64,000 nucleotides of DNA from Anaerohalosphaeraceae bacterium. GTDB lineage: Bacteria; Planctomycetota; Phycisphaerae; Sedimentisphaerales; Anaerohalosphaeraceae. Positions 39,193 to 49,595 of the stretch are shown in pieces. The stretch lies in the NCBI GenBank assembly GCA_963675525.2, contig CAXXSL010000013.1:576001-640000 (forward strand), given 5' to 3'. The notes beneath the pieces were generated by a model. That model ran no database searches. It was not told the origin of the DNA and saw only the letters and a program-made list of their open reading frames with translations. The translations under genes and the position numbers were made by a program. How positions within the stretch are numbered: the stretch's first letter is position 1; the number at the start of each line of letters is the position of its first letter.

Positions 39193-39708
39193 ATGAAATC
39201 CGCAAATCAAACAAATCGAAACGGCTTTACGATCATTGAAATATTGATGGCACTGGCCATTCTGGCGATTCTGATGGCCGCCGTAGGACTGGCCTTTGAC
39301 GCATCGGTGACAAATTATCAAGCCAACGAGGGCATCTATAAAACGCTCAATACCGCCCGGCAGGCCTTATTGCGAATGACCACCGAACTGCGAACAGCGG
39401 ATACCGTTGCGACGGAGACGGACGACTCACCCAATCAAAATTCAAAAATCAGTCTCATCACCAATAATGGGGAAAATATAACCTACCGATTTAACAGCGC
39501 CGACAATACGCTTTATTATGACGACAACAACACCGGCTCAAGTTATGTGCTGTGTGAAAATGTAACGTCCATGACATTTAATCGTACCCCCCGCCCCGAC
39601 GATGCGAACATCATCCGCAGCGTACGTATTATTCTAACCGTCGCCGACGACCTCGGCCAGGTCACACAAACCCTCGCCACCGGAACCGTCATACGAAAAA
39701 ACCTGTAA
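39193..39708 (+). CDS. Minor pilin/pseudopilin (PilW/GspJ-like)
   Basis: Class III signal RNG|FTIIE. Confidence 0.85.
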   Translation: MKSANQTNRNGFTIIEILMALAILAILMAAVGLAFDASVTNYQANEGIYKTLNTARQALLRMTTELRTADTVATETDDSPNQNSKISLITNNGENITYRFNSADNTLYYDDNNTGSSYVLCENVTSMTFNRTPRPDDANIIRSVRIILTVADDLGQVTQTLATGTVIRKNL

Positions 39709-40210
39709 TAGTAACGCCGACATCATCATAACCGAATGCGCCGTCTGCCGCCTCCAGATCGAACACCTGGCCCACAAACCCGCCATCCACCCGGCTTCTG
39801 AACCTTTTGAGTGGTTGTGTTATACTGATTTCTTGTACCGAAGTCAGGACTTTGCCCATCCTGCAATATTTTTTCACTCGACAAATATTTTTACGGAAGC
39901 CCTAAATTCTTTCTCAATAAAGTATTATCAATTTTGTTTCAGTATTTATACCGATGCAGCGTTACCGGACATAAGATATTTTGATTAACTTTTAGCTTGA
40001 TGTTTTATTTATTGTGCTATAGATTCGAAATATAGATTCCAAGGAGCTTCGTATTGGGATCGCGGTAGAGGGCAAAATTTGGAGGTGGCGTTAGGGAGAA
40101 GAAGGAACCATCCTTTTCGTACCTGTTTTAAAGTGCAGTGCTATGTTCTGTGCGCGCTATGCGCGATGACTTATGTATAGACTACGTGTAAACAGGAAAG
40201 GACCCAGGAG

Positions 40211-41629
40211 ATGAATCTCAAACCGTTCGCCAAATCATTCGTTTTTATATCTATCTGCATTTTATTACTTACAACTTCCCCTACGATGGCCGGGGATGCG
40301 ATCCTCGACCAAATAGATCAGTTGCGAAGGGCTGCTAATCAGGATAACTGTGCAGAGACGATCGATAAATTTCAGCAGATCATCGAAGACCATCCGGCCA
40401 CTGAGTATGCCATGAAGGCTCAAGCGGAGATTGCTGCGGTTTATGTTAAAGTTGGAAATACTGTGGCTGCTGATGCCGCTGTCCAGAATTTGATTACCAA
40501 CTATTCCAACGAGGATCGAGCCGGAAACTGTATCTGGCGGATTGCCGCTCAGTATTCACGTTCTGACGAACAGGAAAAAGCTAAACAATTGTGTGAAATG
40601 GCTTTAGCTACCTGGCCGAATCACTCCGAATACAAGCACACAGTCTCCAAACTGGCGGAAGTTTCCATCCGTCAGGCGGGATTTGATAACACCGACGCCG
40701 TTACGAAAGCGTTAATTGAGAAGTATCCTGATGACAAGGATATGATTCGGGATTATCTACGAAGAGAAGCAGCTCATTTTTCAAGATACGGGCATATCTC
40801 TCAGGCACAAAAAATGTCTCAAGCCATTCTTGAGAACTTCACGGCCGATGAGGGCGATATATGGGCCCATGCGGGCGTGGTGTCATCCTGTCTGATACTC
40901 GGGGACACGTCGAAGGCCGAAGCTGCGGTTGCCCGCTTGGTTTCCGGCTTTCAGGGAGACACGGATTTTGCTGAAACTGTCAATTGGCTGGCCGGTCAGT
41001 ATTTCAAAGCATCGGATTCTACAAAAGCCATACAGTTATATCAGTCGGTTTTAAGTCAGAATTCTGATTCTTACTTCCAGCTTATTGCTCACAAGGGATT
41101 AGCTCGCATCTATGTGAGTCTGGGTGATGCCGCCGGAGCGGATGAGGAGTTGGACACGATTGAACGTGATTATGGACAAGAGAAAGGTTTCACCGACGCT
41201 GTTTTTGAAATCGCTGAAGCCTGTTTTTTGCGTGCCCGCCAAGCATCGCAGGAGGATGATCAGGAGCAGGCCAATACAGACTTTTCCAGGGCCATTGCTA
41301 TCTGGCACAGAAACATCGATCGATTCGAGGATCCGCGTCGTTCGTGTCAGGCCTGGTATTATTTAGGCATGAGTTTTCAATGGTTCGAAGACTATATGAA
41401 AGCGTCCCAGGCCTATGCGAGTGCCTATCAGCAGGACCCCGAATTCGTCTATGCTGATTATTGCCTTTATGGCCAGGGGTATTGTGCTGAAATGCTGATG
41501 GCAGAAGGAAAAATTCCACAAGCAGATGCGATGACGACCATTGTAACACAGTATCAGGAGGTAATTTCAAAATTCCCTGATAGCGATTATGCAAAAGACG
41601 CGCAGTACTGGCTCGACGGTAACCTATAG
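40211..41629 (+). CDS. Secreted tetratricopeptide-repeat protein
   Basis: Signal peptide; helical repeats (FQQIIEDHP, AWYYLG, VISKFPDSDYAKDA). Confidence 0.85.
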   Translation: MNLKPFAKSFVFISICILLLTTSPTMAGDAILDQIDQLRRAANQDNCAETIDKFQQIIEDHPATEYAMKAQAEIAAVYVKVGNTVAADAAVQNLITNYSNEDRAGNCIWRIAAQYSRSDEQEKAKQLCEMALATWPNHSEYKHTVSKLAEVSIRQAGFDNTDAVTKALIEKYPDDKDMIRDYLRREAAHFSRYGHISQAQKMSQAILENFTADEGDIWAHAGVVSSCLILGDTSKAEAAVARLVSGFQGDTDFAETVNWLAGQYFKASDSTKAIQLYQSVLSQNSDSYFQLIAHKGLARIYVSLGDAAGADEELDTIERDYGQEKGFTDAVFEIAEACFLRARQASQEDDQEQANTDFSRAIAIWHRNIDRFEDPRRSCQAWYYLGMSFQWFEDYMKASQAYASAYQQDPEFVYADYCLYGQGYCAEMLMAEGKIPQADAMTTIVTQYQEVISKFPDSDYAKDAQYWLDGNL

Positions 41630-41665
41630 TAAAACAATCAGAGAAGAAAATATGAGGATCATATT

Positions 41666-43585
41666 ATGAGAAAAAGTATTATAACATACATGACAGTTTT
41701 AAGCATACTCTGGGGGTGGGGATTTAGTGATATTGCGCCGCCGCCGCCGCCGTTGACGCCTTATGCATGGATCTTCTATTATGATAGTCCAGTTGTAGAG
41801 GGACAAACCGCATACTTTGAAGGATTTGGATATAGCCGCGATGGCGGGACAACCTCTTATGAGTGGGACTTTCCTCCACAGGCATATGATATACAAGGGG
41901 CCGAGACGGAGAGTGCCAGTTGTAAGTTCTATCCGGCCGGGAGCTATGATGTTTCATTTACCGTTAATAGTTCTACGGGCCGGAGTACGACTAGATGGTG
42001 TGAAATCACTGTTACAGACGGTGGTCCCTGGCATGTATCGGTTAACGGCAATGATGACAAGGACGGCCAATCATGGACAAACGCAAAACGAAATATCCAA
42101 ACAGCGATCGACTTGGCTTCCGATGGTGATGAGATTTGGGTAGCAGAGGGAACCTATGTGCAAAGCTTAGGTCTCGGCATAGATGAGGAAATCAGCATTT
42201 ATGGCGGTTTCAACGGCACAGAAACTCAGTTAAATCAGAGGGACTGGGAGACGAACACTACCACGATTGATGGCGACAATATTGAATACATTTCGTGTTT
42301 CTATATCTGGGATGATTGTAGTACAATAGATGGTTTCACAATCACTGGTGCAGGAGAAAATTCCGGCGGCACAGGTATTTTTTGTTCTGGTGGAACGACC
42401 ACGATTGCAAATTGTACGATAGATGATAATTTTACCGGAATAACTTGTTGGTCCTCGTCCTCGCCGACAATAGACAATTGTACATTCAGCGGCAATGGAC
42501 ATATCTATTATAATGTCTACCAAGGCGCAGGAATATCGATAAGCCTTTCATCGTCTGCAACGATTAGCAATTGCGTGTTTAGTGATACAACGACGGCCCA
42601 ATGTGGAATATCTTGCGGTTCATCCGGTGCAGTAAGTATAACTGGCTGTACGTTTGATAATAACACTTCACCTAAAGGCAGTGGGATATATTGTTTCGGT
42701 TCATCCGGTGCAATAAATATCGCTGACTGTGTGTTTACTGAAAACACAGCCAACGGAATAGTCACAGGAGGAGCAGCGATACACTGTAACTCCCTTTCTT
42801 CTACGTTTACAATTGAAAGCTGTCTTTTCAGTGGCAATGCCGCAAGTTATAATGGCGGGGCTATTTACTGCCTATCTAATGATGTTAATCCAACATATTC
42901 GCCTGTCATAAAAGAGTGTGTTTTTTACCAAAATACCGCGGATGATTACGGCGGTGCGGTGTATGCTGATTTATCCGAGCCGGAAATGATCAATTGTTTG
43001 TTTATCTATAATCAGGCTCCACATGGCGGCGCAATGGCCAGCTATAGGAGTAGTGGATCAAGTTTGATCAACTGTACTTTTTACGGCAATGCAGTCACCG
43101 GCAGTGACAACGACAGGGGCGGCGGAGCACTGTATCTTAAAGCAGTTACCTATCCATGCTACAGTTATTTGACCAATTGTATTCTCTGGGGCAATACCTC
43201 AGATCAGCAGGGTCATGAAATATGCTGTGAAGGCAGTAGTTATAGCGCTAAGGCAATCGCAACATTAAAGTATTGCGACATACAGGATACAACCAACTGG
43301 ATGTATGAAGACAACAGCTATTCCGAAGTAAAATATGAACCATATTTAACGTATCACAATAGATATGACAATCCGATGTTTCAAAGTACTTCCGGGAACC
43401 CAAGAGGTGGAGATGATATATGGGCCACCGGCGATGATGGATTTATGATTCAATATGGTAGCATATGTCAAAATAATGGCGATGACGTAACAGGTTTACC
43501 GGACGATATTGATATTGATATTACCGGCAATGATCGTAAGGTTGGCTCAGGTGTCGATATAGGGGCTTATGAGAAGCCGAATTAA
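41666..43585 (+). CDS. Secreted PKD plus right-handed beta-helix repeat protein
   Basis: YEWDF PKD-like segment, DGQSWTNA..IQ.AI, repeated NCTFSGN/GGAIY, C-terminal DITGNDR...VDIGAYE. Confidence 0.85.
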   Translation: MRKSIITYMTVLSILWGWGFSDIAPPPPPLTPYAWIFYYDSPVVEGQTAYFEGFGYSRDGGTTSYEWDFPPQAYDIQGAETESASCKFYPAGSYDVSFTVNSSTGRSTTRWCEITVTDGGPWHVSVNGNDDKDGQSWTNAKRNIQTAIDLASDGDEIWVAEGTYVQSLGLGIDEEISIYGGFNGTETQLNQRDWETNTTTIDGDNIEYISCFYIWDDCSTIDGFTITGAGENSGGTGIFCSGGTTTIANCTIDDNFTGITCWSSSSPTIDNCTFSGNGHIYYNVYQGAGISISLSSSATISNCVFSDTTTAQCGISCGSSGAVSITGCTFDNNTSPKGSGIYCFGSSGAINIADCVFTENTANGIVTGGAAIHCNSLSSTFTIESCLFSGNAASYNGGAIYCLSNDVNPTYSPVIKECVFYQNTADDYGGAVYADLSEPEMINCLFIYNQAPHGGAMASYRSSGSSLINCTFYGNAVTGSDNDRGGGALYLKAVTYPCYSYLTNCILWGNTSDQQGHEICCEGSSYSAKAIATLKYCDIQDTTNWMYEDNSYSEVKYEPYLTYHNRYDNPMFQSTSGNPRGGDDIWATGDDGFMIQYGSICQNNGDDVTGLPDDIDIDITGNDRKVGSGVDIGAYEKPN

Positions 43586-43721
43586 AGTGTATTATTTTCA
43601 CACAATTACACAGATATTGTTGTGCAGAAACCCTAAGATTGAGCCTTTGAAGAGATATCGGCTGTCTGGCACGTTTTTTGCTAATATAATCACAGATTGT
43701 CTCATTAGAAAGGATGAACAA

Positions 43722-44339
43722 ATGAGAAAAACTTGGTTCATTTCGGTCTTATTTGCATCTCAGATGATATGGGCGACCACGATTTCTATCGCACCCAGTG
43801 ATGCAAGAAGAATATACAACAAAGATGAGAGTATAGTTTTAGTTTTGGATGCTTTGTCTGTGGCAAAATATTCAAGCTATGAAAACAGGTCATTTCTTGA
43901 GTTTGATGTGAGTGGCTTAAGTGAGTCGATTCCTTATTGTACATTAGACCTGTCTTATGGAAAGTTTTTTGATGGAGCTCACTATATTCCACCATCAGAA
44001 AGTATTATTGATGTTTTTGCTTATACTGGTAACGGTGTGATTGCTGTGGATGATTTTTCTGCAGGAGGACTGCAGCCGTTTACAAGCTTCATCGGTGAAA
44101 ACAATCCTGGCATTGGTTATGGGTATATTAGTATTGATGTTACATCGATCATACAAGAAGCAATCGCAATCGAGCAACAATTTGTCGGCTTTAGATTATC
44201 GACGGAAACGGAAGCAACTTTTGATTTAGGATGGGGTATTGGCGTTCCCGATCCTGTCCTGACCATCATCCCCGAACCGGCGACGGTGTTGCTGTTGGGT
44301 TTAGGCGGCCTGACGCTTAGAAAACGGCGAAAAAAATAG
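43722..44339 (+). CDS. PEP-CTERM sorting-domain protein
   Basis: C-terminus IPEPATVLLLGLGGLTLRKRRKK; N-terminal signal peptide. Confidence 0.9.
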   Translation: MRKTWFISVLFASQMIWATTISIAPSDARRIYNKDESIVLVLDALSVAKYSSYENRSFLEFDVSGLSESIPYCTLDLSYGKFFDGAHYIPPSESIIDVFAYTGNGVIAVDDFSAGGLQPFTSFIGENNPGIGYGYISIDVTSIIQEAIAIEQQFVGFRLSTETEATFDLGWGIGVPDPVLTIIPEPATVLLLGLGGLTLRKRRKK

Positions 44340-44405
44340 CAAGGACTCCAAAGGGACCAGACACCTTCATAGCCTGTAAACAGCTTGAAATAGTTTATTG
44401 TTTAT

Positions 44406-44553
44406 TTGATTTTTATCTAACTTATGGTATAATACCCCCCATTGGCGGCTAGGCCGCCCCGAGGTCTAAAAACCTCAAGTCTCGAGACTCAGGCCTCAAG
44501 ACTAAAATTAACAACTGCATACGAGTGCGAACGCCCCGCCTCGCCCAGCCAAT
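44406..44553 (+). ncRNA. Promoter plus candidate small structured RNA
   Basis: TTGATT-16-TATAAT with extended TG; ATTGGC/GCCAAT ends enclose several hairpins. Confidence 0.35.
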
Positions 44554-44830
44554 AAAGCAGCCATTCCGACTCGTCGGGATTCCACATTCCTGTATACTTG
44601 TGTCCCTGTATACCTGTATACTTTAGGCAAAACATGGCGTCATATTGGACAACTTTGTCGCATTTGTGGCACACTTTGGCGCCGTTTGGGCGAATGTTGG
44701 CGCACTTTTGGACACGTTTGTCGCCGCAAAAACAACCAGAAAGACGCATTTTTGCAACAAAAACGTGCTTTCTCCTCATTTTACAATCTACAATTTACAA
44801 TTTACAATCACCCCCCTATACTATCCACCC

Positions 44831-45521
44831 ATGGCAAAAGCAAAAAAGACAACGATAAAGGTCGATCCGGCCGAGGCGAAACAGCGGCTTCTGAAAACCC
44901 TGCCGATTCTTAAGAAGACCTATCCGGATGCGAAGATCGCGCTGAACTGGGAAAATCCATGGAATCTTTTAGTGGCCGTCATCCTGTCGGCACAGTGTAC
45001 TGATGTGCGGGTCAACATTGTCACGAAAGACCTGTTCAAAAAGTACAAAAAGCCCCAAGACTATCTCGCCGTCGAAGCCGAAGAGTTAGAGCAGGACATC
45101 CGCCCCACCGGCTTCTATCGCAACAAGGCCAAAAACATCCGCGGAGCCGCGGCCAAAGTCATCGAGGACTTCAACGGCAGCGTCCCGGCCACAATGGAAG
45201 AGTTGCTGACCCTGCCCGGTGCGGGACGCAAAACCGCCAACTGCATTCTCGGCAACGCCTACGGCATACCCGGCATTACCTGCGACACGCATGTCATCCG
45301 CCTGTCCCGCCGGCTGGGATTGAGCGAAAACAGCGATCCCGTCAAGCTGGAATTCGACCTGATGGACATCGTCCCGAAAAAAAAAGTTCGGCGGCTGGAC
45401 CATGTTTTCGCATTATATCATCTTCCACGGCCGCAACATCTGCAAAGCCCGAAAACCCGACTGCCCAAACTGCCCCATCGCCAAACACTGTCCCTCTGCC
45501 AACAATCCCGACCTGTGGTAA
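44831..45521 (+). CDS. nth: Endonuclease III, apparent +1 frameshift in A9 at 45377-45385
   Basis: LVAVILSAQCTDVRVN, HhH LPGAGRKTAN, DTHV.R; 4Fe-4S tail CKARKPDCPNCPIAKHC in the shifted frame. Confidence 0.92.
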
Positions 45522-45604
45522 ATCCGTAAAAATCCCTAAATATTCTGGACAAATCAAAATGAAAATGGTATAATTCATGGGTCTTTTTACGGAGGTGTAG
45601 TGTG

Positions 45605-45748
45605 ATGAGAAAAGCCGATTTAAGCGGGAAAAATCTATCTTTATCATTTCCTATGATGGTTCTGTGCCTTTTGTCTGTCTGCTGTCAGGCGGATATTTTT
45701 ACTACCGGACAGGTCATCAATAAGAATAACACCATTCAATTGAACTGA
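45605..45748 (+). pseudogene. Short ORF resembling a signal-peptide remnant
   Basis: RBS GGAGG; MRKADLSGKNLSLSFPMMVLCLLSVCCQADIF..., stops after 47 aa. Confidence 0.4.
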
Positions 45749-45781
45749 ATTTTCGACAACTACTATCGGGAGGCGTGAGAA

Positions 45782-47374
45782 ATGAGAATAAGAACCATTC
45801 GGCAACTTGTTCTGATCACAGGAATTATTTCACTACTGACAATCTTTGCTCAGCCGGTGCTGGCCGGGGTCGTCTTGTCTGGTAATATCGACCCCGCTGA
45901 TCCAACAACCTGGACATCAACTACCTCCGGCTACATTGGAAAAACCGCAGACGGCACAATGGAAATCAACGAGGGCAGCGTGGTCACCGATTTTCGCGGC
46001 TACATCGGCGAAGATATTGGTGTGACAGGCGAAGTTACCGTTGACGGTACCGACTCGACATGGACCAATAGCTCACTCCTTTATGTCGGTGACTATGGTG
46101 ACGGCATACTGGATATTACCAATGGCGGAAAAGTCACTAATTCCAGTGCATATATTGGCTACAGAGCTGACTCAATCAGCAGTGTAACCGTTGAGGGTGC
46201 CGAATCGCTGTGGGAAAACAACGGCGGCATTTCTGTCGGCAGATACGGCAGCGGGACACTGGATGTCAAAGTCGGCGGTACCGTCACCTGCACCGGCGAA
46301 AGTTATATCGGCCACAGTTCCGGCTCAACAGGTGAGGTCACCGTCAATGGAATCAATTCTACTTGCAGCCACACCACACTCATCGTTGGCTACTATAGCA
46401 ACGGTATGCTGGACATCCGTAATGGGGGGATGGTCAGTGCAAGAGATGCATCGGTCGGTCGTTATGCCGGTTCAACAGGCAAAGTCATCGTCGATGGATC
46501 CGGCTCAACATGGAATGTAAACGTCCTTGGCGGACAAGGTCAAGTATCTGTAGGATTGCAGGGAAATGGAACCCTTGACATCACGAATGGCGGAACGGTC
46601 AACAACAGTTACGGCTACATCGGCCAGAACGCTGGCTCAATTGGCAAGGTTACGGTCGATAAGTCCAACTCGGCCTGGACCTGCATTAAATATCTCTATG
46701 TTGGCTACTATGGCGACGGCACGATGAATATCACCGGCGGCGGCAACGTTATTAGTGAATGGGATGGCGGTATCGGGTACGAGTTGGGTTCAACCGGTGC
46801 CGTTACTGTCGATGGCCCCGGCTCGACCTGGACCAATAATGATGCTCTCTACGTCGGACGCTATGGCAGCGGCACGCTGACAATTACCGATGGCGGGCTG
46901 GTCAGTGTCGATTTAGCCCTGAACATTGATACGGATGCGGACGGCGACGGCTTTATTAATATCGCCAACGGCGGAATGCTGGCGAAAAAAGGCAATGCCA
47001 ACGGCACACTGGCCGGCTTTCTGGCTCTGGTCACCGGCACCGATGCCATTCGCTACTGGAACAGCACCTTTGGAAACTGGGATGCTATTACAAGCGCAAC
47101 CCCGGGGGCGGATTATACTCTGACCTACGAGACCGCGGGCGAACTGGCGGGCTATACGATGTTAACTGTTCATGTGCCCGGGCCGCCGGATCCTGATGTT
47201 CACCAGAATGGCGGTGTTGACATGCTGGACTTTGCAGACCTTGCCTATCAATGGCTCGAAGTTGGCTGCGTCGGACCTGACTGGTGTGGGCGAGCGGATA
47301 TAGACTACTCCGGCGATGTTGGTTTTTCTGACATGCTGATTCTCACAGAAAACTGGCTTGAAGGTGTCGAATAA
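45782..47374 (+). CDS. Secreted T5SS/PEP-CTERM-associated repeat protein with dockerin-like C-terminus
   Basis: Repeats G.VTVDG.GS.W....L.VG.YG.GTL.I..GG.V; tail DVHQNGGVDMLDFADLAYQWL...ADIDYSGDVGFSDMLILTENWL. Confidence 0.85.
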   Translation: MRIRTIRQLVLITGIISLLTIFAQPVLAGVVLSGNIDPADPTTWTSTTSGYIGKTADGTMEINEGSVVTDFRGYIGEDIGVTGEVTVDGTDSTWTNSSLLYVGDYGDGILDITNGGKVTNSSAYIGYRADSISSVTVEGAESLWENNGGISVGRYGSGTLDVKVGGTVTCTGESYIGHSSGSTGEVTVNGINSTCSHTTLIVGYYSNGMLDIRNGGMVSARDASVGRYAGSTGKVIVDGSGSTWNVNVLGGQGQVSVGLQGNGTLDITNGGTVNNSYGYIGQNAGSIGKVTVDKSNSAWTCIKYLYVGYYGDGTMNITGGGNVISEWDGGIGYELGSTGAVTVDGPGSTWTNNDALYVGRYGSGTLTITDGGLVSVDLALNIDTDADGDGFINIANGGMLAKKGNANGTLAGFLALVTGTDAIRYWNSTFGNWDAITSATPGADYTLTYETAGELAGYTMLTVHVPGPPDPDVHQNGGVDMLDFADLAYQWLEVGCVGPDWCGRADIDYSGDVGFSDMLILTENWLEGVE

Positions 47375-47688
47375 TTACTCTGATTTTGATAATAGAATGA
47401 CGACTTTATCATTGGCAATACCGGAACCGGCGAAAGCTACCATTTCCGCATCAAGAATGCCACCAACCGTCAATTTGGGCGACTTTTCCGAAATCGCCCT
47501 GTATTGGCTGGATAGCTGTCCGAACGATTGGCCGTGGCAATAATTTGAACGTTATTTCTCATCAATGCCATCTTTTGAACATACCAAAAGGATAATCAAA
47601 AGCCTCCGGAGAATTCCTTTAGACTCCGGACAATTTATCCGATATAACAGTATTATAAACGCGGTTATAGCCTTATTTGGAGTCAAGA

Positions 47689-48387
47689 ATGAGTGAATTT
47701 TATGTATCAAATGAAGAAACGTGGCGGATTTTCCGCATCATGGCTGAATTTGTCGAGGGATTCGAGGAATTAGCCACCATCGGTCCGGCGGTGTCCATCT
47801 TTGGGTCTGCCCGAACCAAGCCCGATGAACCTTATTATAATCTGGCCGTGGAGACCGCCCACGAGATCGGCAAGGCGGGCTTTTCCATCATCACCGGCGG
47901 CGGCGGCGGAATTATGGAAGCCGCCAACAAAGGCGCCCAGGAAGCCGGCGTCAAAAGTGTCGGCCTGAACATCGACCTGCCGCACGAACAGAAACCCAAT
48001 AACTTCCAGAACCTGTCACTGCATTTCCGCTATTTCTTTTGCCGGAAGGTCATGTTCCTCAAATACGCCCATGGCTTTGTCGTTATGCCCGGCGGTTTCG
48101 GCACCATGGATGAATTCTTTGAATCGCTTGTGCTGATCCAGACGCTTAAACAGGCGCATTTCCCCATCATCTGCATGGGCAGCGACTTCTGGAGCGGACT
48201 GATAGACTGGGTCAAGGACGTCATGCTAAAAAAACATGGGTACATCTCGCCGGAGGATATGGATGTGTTCACTATCTGTGACGACCCGAAGGATGCCGCA
48301 AAGATCATTACGGACTTCCACAGCAAAAACGGCCGCGGTGGACTCCAGCAACCGTGGGGCATCAAAAAACCGACAAGCAATCAATAA
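47689..48387 (+). CDS. LOG family Rossmann-fold protein (TIGR00730-like)
   Basis: VSIFGSAR, TGGGGGIMEAANKGA, YFFCRKVMF, PGGFGTMDE. Confidence 0.92.
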   Translation: MSEFYVSNEETWRIFRIMAEFVEGFEELATIGPAVSIFGSARTKPDEPYYNLAVETAHEIGKAGFSIITGGGGGIMEAANKGAQEAGVKSVGLNIDLPHEQKPNNFQNLSLHFRYFFCRKVMFLKYAHGFVVMPGGFGTMDEFFESLVLIQTLKQAHFPIICMGSDFWSGLIDWVKDVMLKKHGYISPEDMDVFTICDDPKDAAKIITDFHSKNGRGGLQQPWGIKKPTSNQ

Positions 48388-48424
48388 TTAAATCGGAAAC
48401 ACCAGACAAGAAAGGGCATCTTAA

Positions 48425-48853
48425 ATGACACAGGCAAAAACAGGCGACACCGTAAAAGTGCACTACACCGGCACGCTTGATGACGGTACCACCTTTGACT
48501 CCTCGGCTGACAGAGAACCCCTCGCGTTCACCCTCGGCGATAAGCAAATGATCCCGGGCTTTGAAAATGCCGTGCTCGGAATGGCGGTCGATGAATCGAA
48601 AACATTTAAAATCCCCAGCGATGAGGCTTATGGCCCACACCATGACGAACGCGTCATCGAGGTCGACCGCAGTCAGGTTCCCGCCGACATGAAGATCGAA
48701 GTCGGCCAGCAGCTTGAAATGGCCAGCCAGGACGGACAAAAGGTTATTGTCATCGTCAAAGAACTGACGGATGAAAAAATCATTATGGACGCCAATCATC
48801 CGCTGGCGGGACAAGATTTGAACTTCGAGATCAAACTGGTCCAAATCACCTGA
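48425..48853 (+). CDS. FKBP-type peptidyl-prolyl isomerase (SlyD/FkpB-like)
   Basis: VKVHYTGTLDDGTTFDSS, IPGFE, EAYG, DANHPLAG. Confidence 0.92.
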   Translation: MTQAKTGDTVKVHYTGTLDDGTTFDSSADREPLAFTLGDKQMIPGFENAVLGMAVDESKTFKIPSDEAYGPHHDERVIEVDRSQVPADMKIEVGQQLEMASQDGQKVIVIVKELTDEKIIMDANHPLAGQDLNFEIKLVQIT

Positions 48854-48879
48854 TCCCAGACCGACCCAACCAATAATCG

Positions 48880-48921
48880 AAAGCCCGAAATAAGCTACTA
48901 TATTGCTTATTTCGGGCTTTT
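48880..48921 (+). terminator. Rho-independent terminator
   Basis: AAAGCCCGAAATAAGC-loop-GCTTATTTCGGGCTTTT. Confidence 0.85.
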
Positions 48922-49049
48922 ATTATGCTTCTTCGACTCAAAATCCGTTAAAATTTCATAAAAAACACAAACTAATATTTTTTTTAAAGCAATACAGCTT
49001 CCTCGCGTGTGCAGTAAGTATGAACGATCGTTTTCAATGAGGCCCATCG

Positions 49050-49595
49050 ATGCTGGAAGACAAACTGCTGATATTAAGATTCAAACATGGCGGCTCCGAA
49101 GCGCTTCGCCGAATCTACGAAAAGTACCGGCTTTACTTGTTGAAACTGGCGGTTGCTCTTTTACATGATGTCAGTATCGCTGAAGATGTCGTGCACGATG
49201 TATTCGTCCGTTTTGCTCAATCGGCAGAAACGATCAAGATCGACGGAAGCTTAAAGGCCTATTTAAGAGCCTGTGTTGTCAACAGCATTCGCAATCGGAT
49301 CAGAAATAATCAGACCCGGGCTTATATTGAATTAGGCAATGCCGGCCCAATTGTTTCAGAAGAAAAACGCCCCGATCAATGGGCCAGCCTCAGAGAAGAT
49401 TCTCTCCGGATAAGCGACGTGCTGATTCAGGTCCCGTTCGAGCAAAGAGAGGTCATCGTGCTGCATCTGCACGGCAGCATGACGTTTCGCCAAATCGCTA
49501 AATTACAGGCTGTTTCAATAAAAACGATTCAAAGCCGGTACCGCTATGGACTCGATAAACTGCGGTCAATCTTGAATGGTGAGGTAACAAAATGA
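49050..49595 (+). CDS. ECF sigma-70 factor
   Basis: AEDVVHDVF, SLKAYL, EQREVIVL, TIQSRYRYGLDKLR. Confidence 0.92.
   Translation: MLEDKLLILRFKHGGSEALRRIYEKYRLYLLKLAVALLHDVSIAEDVVHDVFVRFAQSAETIKIDGSLKAYLRACVVNSIRNRIRNNQTRAYIELGNAGPIVSEEKRPDQWASLREDSLRISDVLIQVPFEQREVIVLHLHGSMTFRQIAKLQAVSIKTIQSRYRYGLDKLRSILNGEVTK

Noticed and set aside
44441..44553. tRNA with CTA anticodon
   Set aside because: Only one anticodon-like hairpin; no T-arm consensus, acceptor stem or CCA.
44645..44830. N-terminal extension of nth (likewise track extensions of portal, nspC and the 816 gene)
   Set aside because: The extensions run through repeat DNA; downstream ATGs match family starts or RBSs better.
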